From contig NC_000964.3 in the NCBI RefSeq assembly GCF_000009045.1, forward strand, positions 1,080,001 through 1,112,000: a stretch of DNA of 32,000 nucleotides, read 5' to 3'. Each line of letters opens with the position of its first letter. Positions within the stretch are counted from its first letter, which is position 1. Of this stretch, positions 1 through 10,400 are shown piece after piece. The position numbers were made by a program, and so were the translations under genes. The DNA comes from Bacillus subtilis subsp. subtilis str. 168. Its GTDB lineage: Bacteria; Bacillota; Bacilli; Bacillales; Bacillaceae. A model generated the notes under the pieces. The model did no database searches. It saw only the letters and a program-made list of their open reading frames with translations, and had not been told where the DNA came from.

Positions 1-132
1 CTTTTTCAGCTTTTGCCGGGCGTAGGAGCGGCAGTCGGCGGAATTGCCAATTATAAGCTGCTTGCTCAGCTTGGAGAAACGGCAAGACATGTTTTTCATC
101 TGAGGATATTAAAGGAAACAGCCGGAGAATAA
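1..132 (+). CDS. ecsC: 3' end of EcsC family protein (truncated by window edge)
   Basis: Frame 1 is open from the first base: LFQLLPGVGAAVGGIANYKLLAQLGETARHVFHLRILKETAGE*, stop TAA at 130-132. Assignment is from the C-terminal sequence and the neighbour yhaA. Confidence 0.75.
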   Translation, partial: LFQLLPGVGAAVGGIANYKLLAQLGETARHVFHLRILKETAGE

Positions 133-151
133 ACACTCCGGCTGTTTTTTT
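118..151. terminator. Bidirectional intrinsic terminator between ecsC and yhaA
   Basis: Perfect 10-bp stem ACAGCCGGAG / CTCCGGCTGT followed by a T run. The ecsC stop codon lies in the loop. Confidence 0.85.
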
Positions 152-1340
152 ATAGCTGATGATAGGTGATCGCAGCGCCGGCAAGGACCTTGGCCGCTGT
201 CAGCATGGCTTTTTCGTTGATATCAAATTTCGGATGGTGGTGGGAATAGACTCGCTCTGGCTGTTCGGGAGCGGCGCCTGTAAAGAAAAAAGTGCCCTTC
301 ACGTTTTGTAAGTAATAAGCAAAATCCTCGCCGCCCATTTGTGGTTCACCGTCAATGACCTGCTGAACGCCCTCGGTATTCTTTGCGGTGCTCACCAAGT
401 GGTTCGTTTCTGCAGGATGGTTCACAACCGCTGGATAACCCTGTTCATAGGTGTACTCATAGGACGCGCCGTGCATGCTGCATATTCCTTTTACAACCGC
501 TTCAATTTCTTTCTCCAGAATGTCCCGGACATTTTCATCAAAAGAACGCGCTGTGCCGATGAGTACTGCTTGGTCTGCGATGACATTAAACGGATTGTCG
601 GCGATGAAGGAGCCTGTCGAAATGACGGCGGATTGAATCGGATTGACTTTGCGGCTGACAATGTGCTGCAAAGAGGAAACGATTTGCGAACCGATTAGGA
701 CGGCGTCTTTAGTATCATGCGGATGAGCGCCGTGGCCGCCCTTTCCGAAGACTTTAATCGTAAATCGGTCTGCCGCCGCCATTACGGCGCCGGGGCGGCA
801 GAGAATAGTTCCGAGCGGCTCAGTTGCCCAAAGATGAGTGCCGAATATCACATCCGTGTTTTCGAGACATCCGTCATCAATCATTGGCTTTGCGCCTCCA
901 GGATAATATTCTTCTGCATGCTGGTGGATCATCACAAATGTTCCCTTCAGTTCATGTCTGTTTTGGTGAAGGACCTTGGCCACTGCGAGAAGAGCTGCGG
1001 TGTGGCCGTCGTGGCCGCATGCATGCATGACACCAGGCACTTTGGAGGCGTAAGGGACATCTTTTTCATCTTGAATGGGGAGAGCGTCAAAGTCGGCCCT
1101 CAAAGCGACTGTAGGGCCGGGTTCGCTTCCTTCTATATTTGCTAAAACCCCTCTACCGCCAACGTTTGTGCGGATTGGGACTCCTAACGATTCATAATAG
1201 GAAGCAATAAATGCGGCGGTTTTTTCTTCTTGAAATGAGAGCTCAGGATACATATGAAAATGGCGCCTGATCTCAACCATTTCTTCAAAACAGCCGTCGA
1301 GCTGTTTGTTTATCTCTTTCTGCAGTGTGGATATGGACAA
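150..1340 (-). CDS. yhaA: M20-family amidohydrolase / N-acyl-amino acid deacylase-like protein (YhaA)
   Basis: 396-aa ORF with M20D motifs (MHACGHDGHTAALL, GKGGHGAHPHDTKDA, GGEDFAYYLQ). Apparent TTG start with a G-rich SD upstream. Confidence 0.9.
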   Translation of the reverse strand: MSISTLQKEINKQLDGCFEEMVEIRRHFHMYPELSFQEEKTAAFIASYYESLGVPIRTNVGGRGVLANIEGSEPGPTVALRADFDALPIQDEKDVPYASKVPGVMHACGHDGHTAALLAVAKVLHQNRHELKGTFVMIHQHAEEYYPGGAKPMIDDGCLENTDVIFGTHLWATEPLGTILCRPGAVMAAADRFTIKVFGKGGHGAHPHDTKDAVLIGSQIVSSLQHIVSRKVNPIQSAVISTGSFIADNPFNVIADQAVLIGTARSFDENVRDILEKEIEAVVKGICSMHGASYEYTYEQGYPAVVNHPAETNHLVSTAKNTEGVQQVIDGEPQMGGEDFAYYLQNVKGTFFFTGAAPEQPERVYSHHHPKFDINEKAMLTAAKVLAGAAITYHQL

Positions 1341-1412
1341 AGCCGCTTCCCCCTTTTCTATGCTTTTCCATGATTGTATAGAAAAAGTCTGAATATTTCA
1401 ACTCATGCTGTT

Positions 1413-2804
1413 TTAAAGCATCATCACAGCTGCGAGGGTTGTCACCAAAAGGCCAATCGCGACGGGAATGAAGTTTTTTCTGGCAAGCTCAAAAGGATCA
1501 ACTTTGCAAATGGCCGCGGCGGGAATCAAAGCCCATGGGACCAGTGTTCCTCCGCCCACCCAGATGGCAGAGATTTGTCCGAGCGCGGTCAGAATAGCGG
1601 GATCGGCATGGAGAGCGGACGAAAAGAGCTTTGCGATGGAGCCGGCGAGAGAAATGCCAGAAAATCCTGAGCCGTCAAGGCCTGTTATGGCTCCAGCGGC
1701 AGTTAATGCAGTGGCGGCAAGCTCCTTTGACATAGGCATCATATGGGATAAAGCAATGCCAAGATCGTTGACAATGCCGTGGGAACCTTTAGGGAGTGAA
1801 GTGCCCAGTATGCTTTCATAGCCTGAGTCGCCAAGATAAAAGAAAGCGGCAATCGGGATGACGGGGCCGAAAACCTTAAAACCGAACTTAAATCCGTCAA
1901 TAAAATAGCCGGTGATTTTTTCAAGCCCTTTATGCTTATACACGAAAAAATGAACGGTAAAGAGGATACAAATTGCAGACCCGCCAATTAACGCGGTTGC
2001 ATCATTTCCTTGTAGGTTAAACAAGAGCATGCAGGCGATATCTGCAAGAAAGGCAAGCGGAATCAAAAAAGCCAGTATGGACCGCAGGCGTTTTGGCAAG
2101 TACAGCGAGTTGTCTTGTTCGCCGGAAAGAACGGGGGAAAAAGAAGTGGGATGCTCCTGTTTTTTGCGTTCGCGCTGAATCATGATAAAGGCAGCAGTTG
2201 TTGTTGTCACACCCATAATCAGCACAAGCGGAATACTGGCCGAGACGACATCACCGACTGGAATGCCTGCTGCATCCGCAGTCAGCTTTGGCGCCGCCTG
2301 AATGACAAAGTCTCCTGACAGGGCAAAACCGTGTCCGAATAAGTTCATGGCCATGGCCGCGGCAAGAGGCGTCAAACCGGCACGTGCGGCTGCGGGGAGC
2401 AGGACGGCGCCGATCAAAGCGACACCCGGAGAAGGCCAGAAGAATAGAGAAATGGCGAACATCAGGCCTCCAATCAGCCAATAGGCAGTCACAGGCCCTC
2501 TCACAAGGCTTGCAAAGGGAGAAATCATCGCTTCATTTATCCCTGTTTTTGTTAACAAATCACTCATTGAAACGATAAAGCAAATGATGAAAATCGTGGG
2601 CAGCAGTTCGCCGGCCGCATAGATAAAGCTGTGGAATAAACTGCTGACAGAAGCTGAAAGTGAATGGCTGGCCCATAGCGATATGATAAAAATGCCGAAT
2701 AGAGAAATAAATGTCGTGTCTTTTCTCAGCAGCATAAATAGGATAATTGCACCGATAAAAAACACATACAGAACATGGACAGGCAAAATCCCGACTTCCA
2801 TCAT
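1413..2804 (-). CDS. yhfA: Multi-TM transporter of the gluconate/dicarboxylate symporter type (YhfA)
   Basis: 463-aa highly hydrophobic protein with repeated TM segments. Start preceded by AAGGAGTGATCG. Confidence 0.85.
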   Translation of the reverse strand: MMEVGILPVHVLYVFFIGAIILFMLLRKDTTFISLFGIFIISLWASHSLSASVSSLFHSFIYAAGELLPTIFIICFIVSMSDLLTKTGINEAMISPFASLVRGPVTAYWLIGGLMFAISLFFWPSPGVALIGAVLLPAAARAGLTPLAAAMAMNLFGHGFALSGDFVIQAAPKLTADAAGIPVGDVVSASIPLVLIMGVTTTTAAFIMIQRERKKQEHPTSFSPVLSGEQDNSLYLPKRLRSILAFLIPLAFLADIACMLLFNLQGNDATALIGGSAICILFTVHFFVYKHKGLEKITGYFIDGFKFGFKVFGPVIPIAAFFYLGDSGYESILGTSLPKGSHGIVNDLGIALSHMMPMSKELAATALTAAGAITGLDGSGFSGISLAGSIAKLFSSALHADPAILTALGQISAIWVGGGTLVPWALIPAAAICKVDPFELARKNFIPVAIGLLVTTLAAVMML

Positions 2805-2869
2805 CGATCACTCCTTCCGCTTACAGATTATTCATAGGCGGGCGGAAGGTGCCGGGACAGAGGGGAGGG

Positions 2870-3184
2870 TTATGATGGAAGATGAACATTGATCTGTTTC
2901 AGCTGCTCAATCAGATGATGCCTTAATCCTCTATTCGCTTTTTGCAGATGTTTTGGGAAGCATTCAGGAGAAAAAATGACGCACCCTTCAGCAAGCCAGT
3001 TTTTTCTATAGGCGATGATGCTTTCCGATGGCTCTATATGAGTTATCCTCGTGCTGCATCTCGTACTCATCAAATCCGAACTGAAAACCGCAGCACGGGC
3101 AGATTTCATGAGAATGATTGCCTTCATGATCATATGGCGGTTCAGCCAATCCTTAAACCCGCAGACTGGGCAAGTATGCTTCAT
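2870..3184 (-). pseudogene. Small zinc-ribbon-like protein (CPVCGF...CPCCGF family) with two compensating frameshifts; possibly functionless
   Basis: ATG at 3184 has an SD (GGGAGGAAAGCAAA ATG). The in-frame start MKHTCPVCGFK and end YRKNWLAEGCVIFSPECFPKHLQK look family-like. The family-like middle GLAEPPYDHEGNHSHEICPCCGFQFGFDEY is in another frame of the same strand. Confidence 0.7.
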
Positions 3185-3228
3185 TTTGCTTTCCTCCCAA
3201 TAAAATAAGCTGCCGGACATGCCGGCAG

Positions 3229-3756
<528 letters not shown>

Positions 3757-3819
3757 TCAAAACAATGGTATAAGTTTCTATTGGCGAGTGCTTCGAACAT
3801 AATTCCAAACAATTTTTCC

Positions 3820-3826
3820 CATACTA
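3820..3826 (+). promoter_or_regulatory. Candidate sigma-G type -10 element of pbpF
   Basis: CATACTA heptamer 25 nt upstream of the pbpF ATG. pbpF is an established forespore (sigma-G) gene. The -35 match is weaker. Confidence 0.5.
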
Positions 3827-3850
3827 CCTTTAGAAAGGCGAGGTGAGTTC

Positions 3851-5995
3851 ATGTTTAAGATAAAGAAAAAGAAACTTTTTATACCTATCATTATTTTAGT
3901 GTTAACTGCTTTTCTCGCTTTAATAGGATATATTTCAATTATTTTTCTCGGCCATTATGTCATAGATGAAAAAAAGCTTATTCTTCATGCTTCTTCAAAA
4001 ATTGTTGATCAAAACGGAGATGAGGTTGCAAGCCTGTATACAGAAAATCGCGAGCCGGTCTCGATCAATGAGATTCCTAAGCAGGTCAGAGAAGCGTTTA
4101 TCGCTGTTGAGGATAAAAGGTTCTATGAGCATCACGGCATTGATGCAAAATCCGTCGGAAGGGCAGTGTACCGCGATATATTAGCAGGCGGAAAGGTGGA
4201 AGGCGGAAGCACGATCACCCAGCAGCTTGCCAAAAATATTTTTCTGACACATGACAAAACATTTCTAAGAAAAACAAAAGAAGTGATCATTGCGATTAAT
4301 CTTGAACGGGATTACAGCAAGGACAAGCTGCTTGAAATGTATTTAAACCAGCTTTACTTCGGACACGGGGTTTACGGCATACAAGCGGCGTCCCACTATT
4401 ATTTTAATAAAGAAGTAAAAGATTTGACTGTATCTGAAGGCGCTGTTTTGGCCGCTATTCCGAAGGCGCCTTCTACGTACTCTCCAATTTTGCACCCTGA
4501 TAAAAATAAGGAGCGGCGTGATACAATTCTAGGTATGATGAATGACCAAGGCTATATCAGTGCGAAAGAGGCTGTCACCGCACAGGGCCGGACGCTTGGA
4601 CTGCATGTGAAGAAACAGTCGGAAACACCTTGGTTTGACAGCTACATTGACCTTGTGATCAAAGAGGCGGAAGACAAGTATTCCATTTCCGGAGAGCAGC
4701 TTCTTCAAGGCGGATACACGATCAAGGTGCCGCTCGATTCGAAGCTGCAGAAGACGGCTTACCAGGTGATGAAAGAGGGAAGCTATTATCCCGGAACAGA
4801 TCAGAATGCCGAGGGAAGCGCGGTCTTTATTAATAACAAGACAGGCGGTGTAGAAGCGGCCATCGGCGGAAGGGATTACACATCCAAAGGATATAACCGT
4901 GTCACAGCTGTCCGCCAGCCGGGTTCCACATTTAAGCCGCTTGCTGTATACGGACCGGCGATGCAGGAAAAGAAATTTAAGCCATATTCTCTATTGAAGG
5001 ATGAGTTGCAGTCCTACGGAGATTATACGCCGAAAAACTACGACAGCCGGTATGAGGGCGAAGTCACTATGTCTGACGCCATTACGTACAGCAAAAACGC
5101 GCCGGCTGTCTGGACGCTGAATGAGATCGGCGTCGAAACAGGGAAATCTTATTTGAAAGCAAACGGCATTGATATCCCTGATGAAGGCCTTGCTCTTGCT
5201 CTAGGCGGCTTGGAAAAAGGCGTTTCACCGCTCCAGCTTGCCGGCGCGTTTCATACATTTGCCGCGAATGGAACGTATACTGAACCCTTCTTTATCTCGA
5301 GCATAATAGATGAAGACGGAGAAACAATAGCCGATCATAAAGAAGAAGGAAAGCGGGTATTCAGCAAGCAGACGTCTTGGAATATGACGAGAATGCTGCA
5401 GCAGGTAGTCAAAAAGGGAACGGCCACGTCCGGCACCTATCACGGCGACCTGGCGGGAAAAACAGGTTCAACATCTTATACAGGCGTCTCCGGCGCGACA
5501 AAGGACGCCTGGTTTGCAGGCTATACGCCGAAAATAACCGGGGCAGTCTGGATGGGCTATGACAAAACGGATCAAAACCATTATTTGAAAGCCGGGAGCT
5601 CATACCCGACGCGGCTGTTTAAGGATATTTTGACACAGGCAGGAGAAACCGGTCATGTGTTCACAAAGCCTAAAAACGTTAAAGAACTGGAAAGCCCGAT
5701 TGAGCTGAAGCCGGTCAAAACACTCACAGCCGATTACACATTTAAAGCAGCGGGGCTCTTTACTATTGAATTAAAGTGGGACGCTCAAGAGGATGATCGG
5801 GCCGTATACAGAATTTATGTAAACAAGGACGGCGAGGAGACGCTTCTTGATTCGGTTGAAGGGAAGGGAAGCTATGAAATTCCTTATGCCAACTTATTTT
5901 CGGGCGCGTCTTATAAAATTGTGCCTTATAATACACAGACAAAAAGAGAAGGGGAAGGAACCGATTACGTTCAGCCAAAATTGTTTTCCTCTTAA
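3851..5995 (+). CDS. pbpF: Class A penicillin-binding protein (PBP2C)
   Basis: 714 aa. N-terminal TM, glycosyltransferase motifs (EDKRFYEHHGID, GGSTITQQLAKN) and transpeptidase motifs (SKNAP, KTGST). Confidence 0.95.
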   Translation: MFKIKKKKLFIPIIILVLTAFLALIGYISIIFLGHYVIDEKKLILHASSKIVDQNGDEVASLYTENREPVSINEIPKQVREAFIAVEDKRFYEHHGIDAKSVGRAVYRDILAGGKVEGGSTITQQLAKNIFLTHDKTFLRKTKEVIIAINLERDYSKDKLLEMYLNQLYFGHGVYGIQAASHYYFNKEVKDLTVSEGAVLAAIPKAPSTYSPILHPDKNKERRDTILGMMNDQGYISAKEAVTAQGRTLGLHVKKQSETPWFDSYIDLVIKEAEDKYSISGEQLLQGGYTIKVPLDSKLQKTAYQVMKEGSYYPGTDQNAEGSAVFINNKTGGVEAAIGGRDYTSKGYNRVTAVRQPGSTFKPLAVYGPAMQEKKFKPYSLLKDELQSYGDYTPKNYDSRYEGEVTMSDAITYSKNAPAVWTLNEIGVETGKSYLKANGIDIPDEGLALALGGLEKGVSPLQLAGAFHTFAANGTYTEPFFISSIIDEDGETIADHKEEGKRVFSKQTSWNMTRMLQQVVKKGTATSGTYHGDLAGKTGSTSYTGVSGATKDAWFAGYTPKITGAVWMGYDKTDQNHYLKAGSSYPTRLFKDILTQAGETGHVFTKPKNVKELESPIELKPVKTLTADYTFKAAGLFTIELKWDAQEDDRAVYRIYVNKDGEETLLDSVEGKGSYEIPYANLFSGASYKIVPYNTQTKREGEGTDYVQPKLFSS

Positions 5996-6116
5996 TGGAA
6001 TTCGGCGATTTTTTGAACTTTGAGCTACATTTCTATACCATTTGCCTAAAACAAGGTATAGTGTAATAAGTCAAGAAATACGAACGTATGGTTGCCGTAT
6101 GAAAGGTGGAAATCAG

Positions 6117-7178
6117 ATGAGTAAACGAGAAACGTTTAACGAGACGTTTTTAAAAGCTGCGCGGGGAGAAAAAGCGGATCACACGCCTGTGTGGTATATG
6201 AGGCAAGCAGGGCGCTCACAGCCGGAATACCGCAAGCTGAAGGAAAAGTACGGATTGTTTGAGATCACACATCAGCCCGAACTTTGTGCGTATGTCACAA
6301 GACTGCCGGTTGAGCAATACGGAGTCGATGCTGCAATCCTTTATAAAGATATCATGACGCCGCTGCCGTCAATCGGTGTGGATGTTGAAATCAAAAACGG
6401 GATCGGTCCTGTGATTGATCAGCCAATCCGGTCTCTGGCGGACATTGAAAAACTCGGCCAGATTGATCCGGAACAGGACGTGCCGTACGTGCTTGAGACG
6501 ATTAAACTGCTTGTCAATGAGCAGCTGAACGTCCCGCTCATCGGTTTCTCAGGTGCGCCTTTTACGCTTGCAAGCTATATGATCGAAGGCGGCCCGTCGA
6601 AAAACTACAATAAAACAAAAGCCTTCATGTACAGCATGCCAGATGCATGGAATCTGCTGATGTCCAAGCTTGCCGACATGATCATCGTGTACGTGAAAGC
6701 GCAGATTGAGGCAGGCGCAAAAGCGATTCAAATCTTTGATTCGTGGGTCGGCGCATTGAATCAGGCAGATTACAGAACATACATCAAACCCGTGATGAAC
6801 CGGATCTTTTCAGAGCTCGCAAAGGAGAATGTGCCGCTGATCATGTTTGGCGTTGGCGCAAGCCATCTTGCAGGTGATTGGCATGACCTTCCTCTCGATG
6901 TTGTCGGGCTTGACTGGAGACTCGGCATTGATGAAGCCAGATCAAAAGGAATTACTAAAACAGTGCAGGGCAACCTGGACCCGTCCATTTTGCTTGCGCC
7001 ATGGGAAGTCATTGAGCAGAAAACGAAGGAAATACTTGATCAGGGTATGGAGTCAGACGGCTTCATTTTCAATCTTGGCCATGGGGTATTTCCTGATGTC
7101 AGTCCCGAGGTTTTGAAAAAACTGACAGCATTTGTCCATGAATATTCACAAAACAAAAAAATGGGTCAATATTCCTAA
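6117..7178 (+). CDS. hemE: Uroporphyrinogen decarboxylase
   Basis: 353 aa from [37 protein letters not shown]; SD AAAGGTGG. Signatures [10 protein letters not shown] and [16 protein letters not shown]. The longer ORF start at 6042 lacks support. Confidence 0.96.
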   Translation: MSKRETFNETFLKAARGEKADHTPVWYMRQAGRSQPEYRKLKEKYGLFEITHQPELCAYVTRLPVEQYGVDAAILYKDIMTPLPSIGVDVEIKNGIGPVIDQPIRSLADIEKLGQIDPEQDVPYVLETIKLLVNEQLNVPLIGFSGAPFTLASYMIEGGPSKNYNKTKAFMYSMPDAWNLLMSKLADMIIVYVKAQIEAGAKAIQIFDSWVGALNQADYRTYIKPVMNRIFSELAKENVPLIMFGVGASHLAGDWHDLPLDVVGLDWRLGIDEARSKGITKTVQGNLDPSILLAPWEVIEQKTKEILDQGMESDGFIFNLGHGVFPDVSPEVLKKLTAFVHEYSQNKKMGQYS

Positions 7179-7249
7179 GCATATCTTTTGGTATCTTAAT
7201 GATATCCTGTCAAAATGTTTGTATCAGATCATTAAAGAGGGTGTAAACA

Positions 7250-8182
7250 GTGAGTAGAAAGAAAATGGGGCTTCTCGTGATGGCGTACGGCACGCCTTAT
7301 AAGGAAGAAGATATTGAACGTTATTATACACATATCAGAAGAGGCAGAAAGCCTGAACCTGAAATGCTTCAAGATTTGAAAGACAGATACGAAGCGATTG
7401 GCGGCATTTCACCGCTTGCCCAAATCACAGAACAGCAGGCGCATAATCTGGAACAGCACTTGAATGAAATTCAGGATGAGATTACGTTTAAAGCGTATAT
7501 CGGACTGAAGCATATCGAGCCGTTTATTGAAGACGCCGTAGCAGAGATGCATAAGGATGGCATTACAGAAGCAGTCAGCATCGTGCTGGCGCCGCATTTC
7601 TCCACGTTCAGCGTTCAGTCCTACAACAAACGCGCCAAAGAAGAGGCTGAAAAACTCGGCGGCTTAACGATTACGTCAGTTGAAAGCTGGTACGATGAAC
7701 CGAAGTTCGTGACATATTGGGTTGACCGAGTGAAGGAAACATATGCGTCAATGCCTGAGGATGAAAGAGAAAACGCAATGCTCATCGTATCCGCACACAG
7801 CCTGCCGGAAAAAATCAAAGAATTTGGAGACCCGTACCCGGACCAGCTTCATGAATCGGCGAAATTAATTGCTGAAGGCGCAGGCGTTTCCGAATATGCT
7901 GTCGGCTGGCAAAGTGAAGGGAACACGCCTGATCCTTGGCTCGGACCCGATGTTCAGGATTTAACACGTGATTTATTCGAACAAAAAGGCTATCAAGCAT
8001 TTGTATATGTTCCTGTTGGGTTTGTCGCGGATCACTTAGAAGTGCTTTATGATAATGATTATGAATGCAAAGTGGTTACTGACGATATCGGCGCAAGCTA
8101 TTACCGGCCGGAAATGCCAAATGCCAAGCCTGAATTTATTGATGCTTTGGCAACAGTCGTATTAAAAAAATTAGGACGTTAA
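7250..8182 (+). CDS. hemH: Ferrochelatase (coproporphyrin ferrochelatase)
   Basis: 310 aa, GTG start. [30 protein letters not shown]-type motif ([25 protein letters not shown]), [15 protein letters not shown]. Confidence 0.96.
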
Positions 8183-8196
8183 AGAAGGCGATGAAC

Positions 8197-9609
8197 ATGA
8201 GTGACGGCAAAAAACATGTAGTCATCATCGGCGGCGGCATTACCGGTTTAGCCGCCGCCTTCTATATGGAAAAAGAAATCAAAGAAAAGAATCTGCCGCT
8301 TGAGCTGACACTTGTTGAGGCAAGTCCGAGAGTCGGCGGGAAAATCCAGACTGTCAAGAAAGACGGCTATATCATCGAAAGAGGGCCAGACTCATTTCTG
8401 GAACGAAAGAAAAGCGCCCCGCAGCTTGTTAAAGACTTAGGTCTTGAGCATTTGCTTGTCAACAATGCGACCGGGCAATCCTATGTGCTTGTAAACCGCA
8501 CCCTGCATCCAATGCCGAAGGGCGCTGTAATGGGGATACCGACAAAAATTGCGCCGTTTGTTTCTACGGGTCTGTTTTCCTTGTCCGGGAAGGCGAGAGC
8601 TGCTATGGATTTCATCCTGCCTGCAAGCAAAACAAAGGATGATCAGTCATTGGGAGAATTCTTCCGCAGACGTGTCGGAGATGAAGTGGTCGAGAACTTA
8701 ATCGAGCCGCTACTATCAGGGATCTACGCAGGCGACATTGACAAGCTCAGCCTGATGTCGACATTTCCGCAATTTTATCAGACGGAACAAAAGCATAGAA
8801 GCCTGATTCTCGGCATGAAAAAAACAAGGCCTCAAGGCTCAGGCCAGCAGCTGACGGCAAAAAAACAAGGGCAGTTCCAAACTCTGTCAACCGGTTTGCA
8901 GACCCTTGTAGAAGAGATCGAAAAGCAGTTAAAGCTGACGAAGGTGTATAAAGGCACAAAAGTGACCAAACTTAGCCATAGCGGCTCTTGCTATTCGCTC
9001 GAACTGGATAACGGCGTCACACTTGATGCTGATTCAGTAATTGTGACTGCTCCGCATAAAGCGGCTGCGGGAATGCTTTCTGAGCTTCCTGCCATTTCTC
9101 ATTTGAAAAATATGCACTCCACATCCGTGGCAAACGTCGCTTTAGGTTTCCCTGAAGGCTCCGTCCAAATGGAGCATGAGGGCACGGGTTTTGTCATTTC
9201 AAGAAACAGTGACTTTGCGATCACAGCCTGTACGTGGACGAATAAAAAATGGCCGCACGCAGCGCCGGAAGGCAAAACGCTGCTTCGGGCATATGTCGGA
9301 AAAGCCGGAGACGAATCCATTGTCGATCTATCAGATAATGACATTATCAACATTGTGTTAGAAGACTTAAAGAAAGTCATGAACATAAACGGCGAGCCGG
9401 AAATGACATGTGTAACCCGATGGCATGAAAGCATGCCGCAGTACCATGTCGGCCATAAGCAGCGTATCAAGGAGCTGCGTGAAGCACTTGCATCTGCGTA
9501 TCCGGGTGTTTATATGACAGGCGCTTCTTTCGAAGGTGTCGGCATTCCCGACTGCATTGATCAAGGAAAAGCTGCCGTGTCTGACGCGCTTACCTATTTA
9601 TTCAGCTAA
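8197..9609 (+). CDS. hemY: Coproporphyrinogen III / protoporphyrinogen oxidase
   Basis: 470 aa. FAD-binding GGGITGLAAAFYME and C-terminal GVGIPDCIDQGKAA. The SD fits ATG 8197 better than ATG 8191. Confidence 0.95.
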   Translation: MSDGKKHVVIIGGGITGLAAAFYMEKEIKEKNLPLELTLVEASPRVGGKIQTVKKDGYIIERGPDSFLERKKSAPQLVKDLGLEHLLVNNATGQSYVLVNRTLHPMPKGAVMGIPTKIAPFVSTGLFSLSGKARAAMDFILPASKTKDDQSLGEFFRRRVGDEVVENLIEPLLSGIYAGDIDKLSLMSTFPQFYQTEQKHRSLILGMKKTRPQGSGQQLTAKKQGQFQTLSTGLQTLVEEIEKQLKLTKVYKGTKVTKLSHSGSCYSLELDNGVTLDADSVIVTAPHKAAAGMLSELPAISHLKNMHSTSVANVALGFPEGSVQMEHEGTGFVISRNSDFAITACTWTNKKWPHAAPEGKTLLRAYVGKAGDESIVDLSDNDIINIVLEDLKKVMNINGEPEMTCVTRWHESMPQYHVGHKQRIKELREALASAYPGVYMTGASFEGVGIPDCIDQGKAAVSDALTYLFS

Positions 9610-9638
9610 AACCTCCGCTTTATCGCGGAGGTTTTTTT
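9610..9638 (+). terminator. Intrinsic terminator after hemY
   Basis: AACCTCCGC-N6-GCGGAGGTT followed by a T run, immediately after the hemY stop. Confidence 0.9.
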
Positions 9639-9754
9639 GATGTGCAATGGCAATATTGTGTAAAAAATGATTGAATTGAACAGCAGGTTATGATACATTT
9701 GCATATGTACTTAATGACTAAAATGTTCAAACGGTCAGTTTCGAGGTGAATACA

Positions 9755-10330
9755 ATGTCAATAGATCGAAAAAAGCTCATTTTGGAGGCGGCTACAAAGT
9801 CTTTCACGCAGTTCGGGTATAAAGCGACGACAATGGATCTTGTCGCAAAACTTGCGAACGTGGGGAAGGGAACCATTTATACTTTTTTCAAAAACAAAGA
9901 AGAGCTGTTTGACGAGATTTTCACTACTTTATTAAAGGAAATGAAGCAAAAAGCGGATGAAGCGATGGAGCCGAGCCTTCCGTTCCATGAAAATGTGCAC
10001 AGAGCGCTGTTTGCCATTCTGGAGTTCAGGAAAACACATCAGCTGACGATTAAAATTTTCCAAGAGAATGCCGAGATTGGTACAATGGCAGTTCAGGAAG
10101 TGATCCAGAAAATGGAGCGATCCATCCTGTCTTATATCAAAAGCAAGATTGAAGACGGGATCAAAAGCGGCGCAATCAAGCCGTGCGACCCTGAGCTGAC
10201 AGCCTTTGTGATGCTGAAGCTTTATATCGCGCTCATTTTTGACTGGGAAAAACAACACCCCCCGCTTGATAAAGAGACAATTGCGGGACTGCTTGAATTG
10301 TATGTTGTCAAAGGATTGTCAGCGAACTAG
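9755..10330 (+). CDS. yhgD: TetR/AcrR family transcriptional regulator (YhgD)
   Basis: 191 aa with N-terminal HTH FTQFGYKATTMDLVAKLANVGKGTIYTFFKNKEELF. SD GAGGTGAATACA ATG. Confidence 0.92.
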   Translation: MSIDRKKLILEAATKSFTQFGYKATTMDLVAKLANVGKGTIYTFFKNKEELFDEIFTTLLKEMKQKADEAMEPSLPFHENVHRALFAILEFRKTHQLTIKIFQENAEIGTMAVQEVIQKMERSILSYIKSKIEDGIKSGAIKPCDPELTAFVMLKLYIALIFDWEKQHPPLDKETIAGLLELYVVKGLSAN

Positions 10331-10400
10331 ATAATCCTTTCTCTTTGCAAGAAAATGACCATTTTTTATGATGAGTCAGTTTTAGAATGGAGGCATCAGG

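Noticed and set aside
717-1145. 142-aa plus-strand ORF antisense to yhaA
   Set aside because: Shadow ORF opposite a well-supported M20 hydrolase gene. Composition and lack of family resemblance argue against coding.
6042-6116. N-terminal extension of hemE ([25 protein letters not shown])
   Set aside because: The SD AAAGGTGG is correctly placed for ATG 6117, and the protein from there matches the expected HemE N-terminus.
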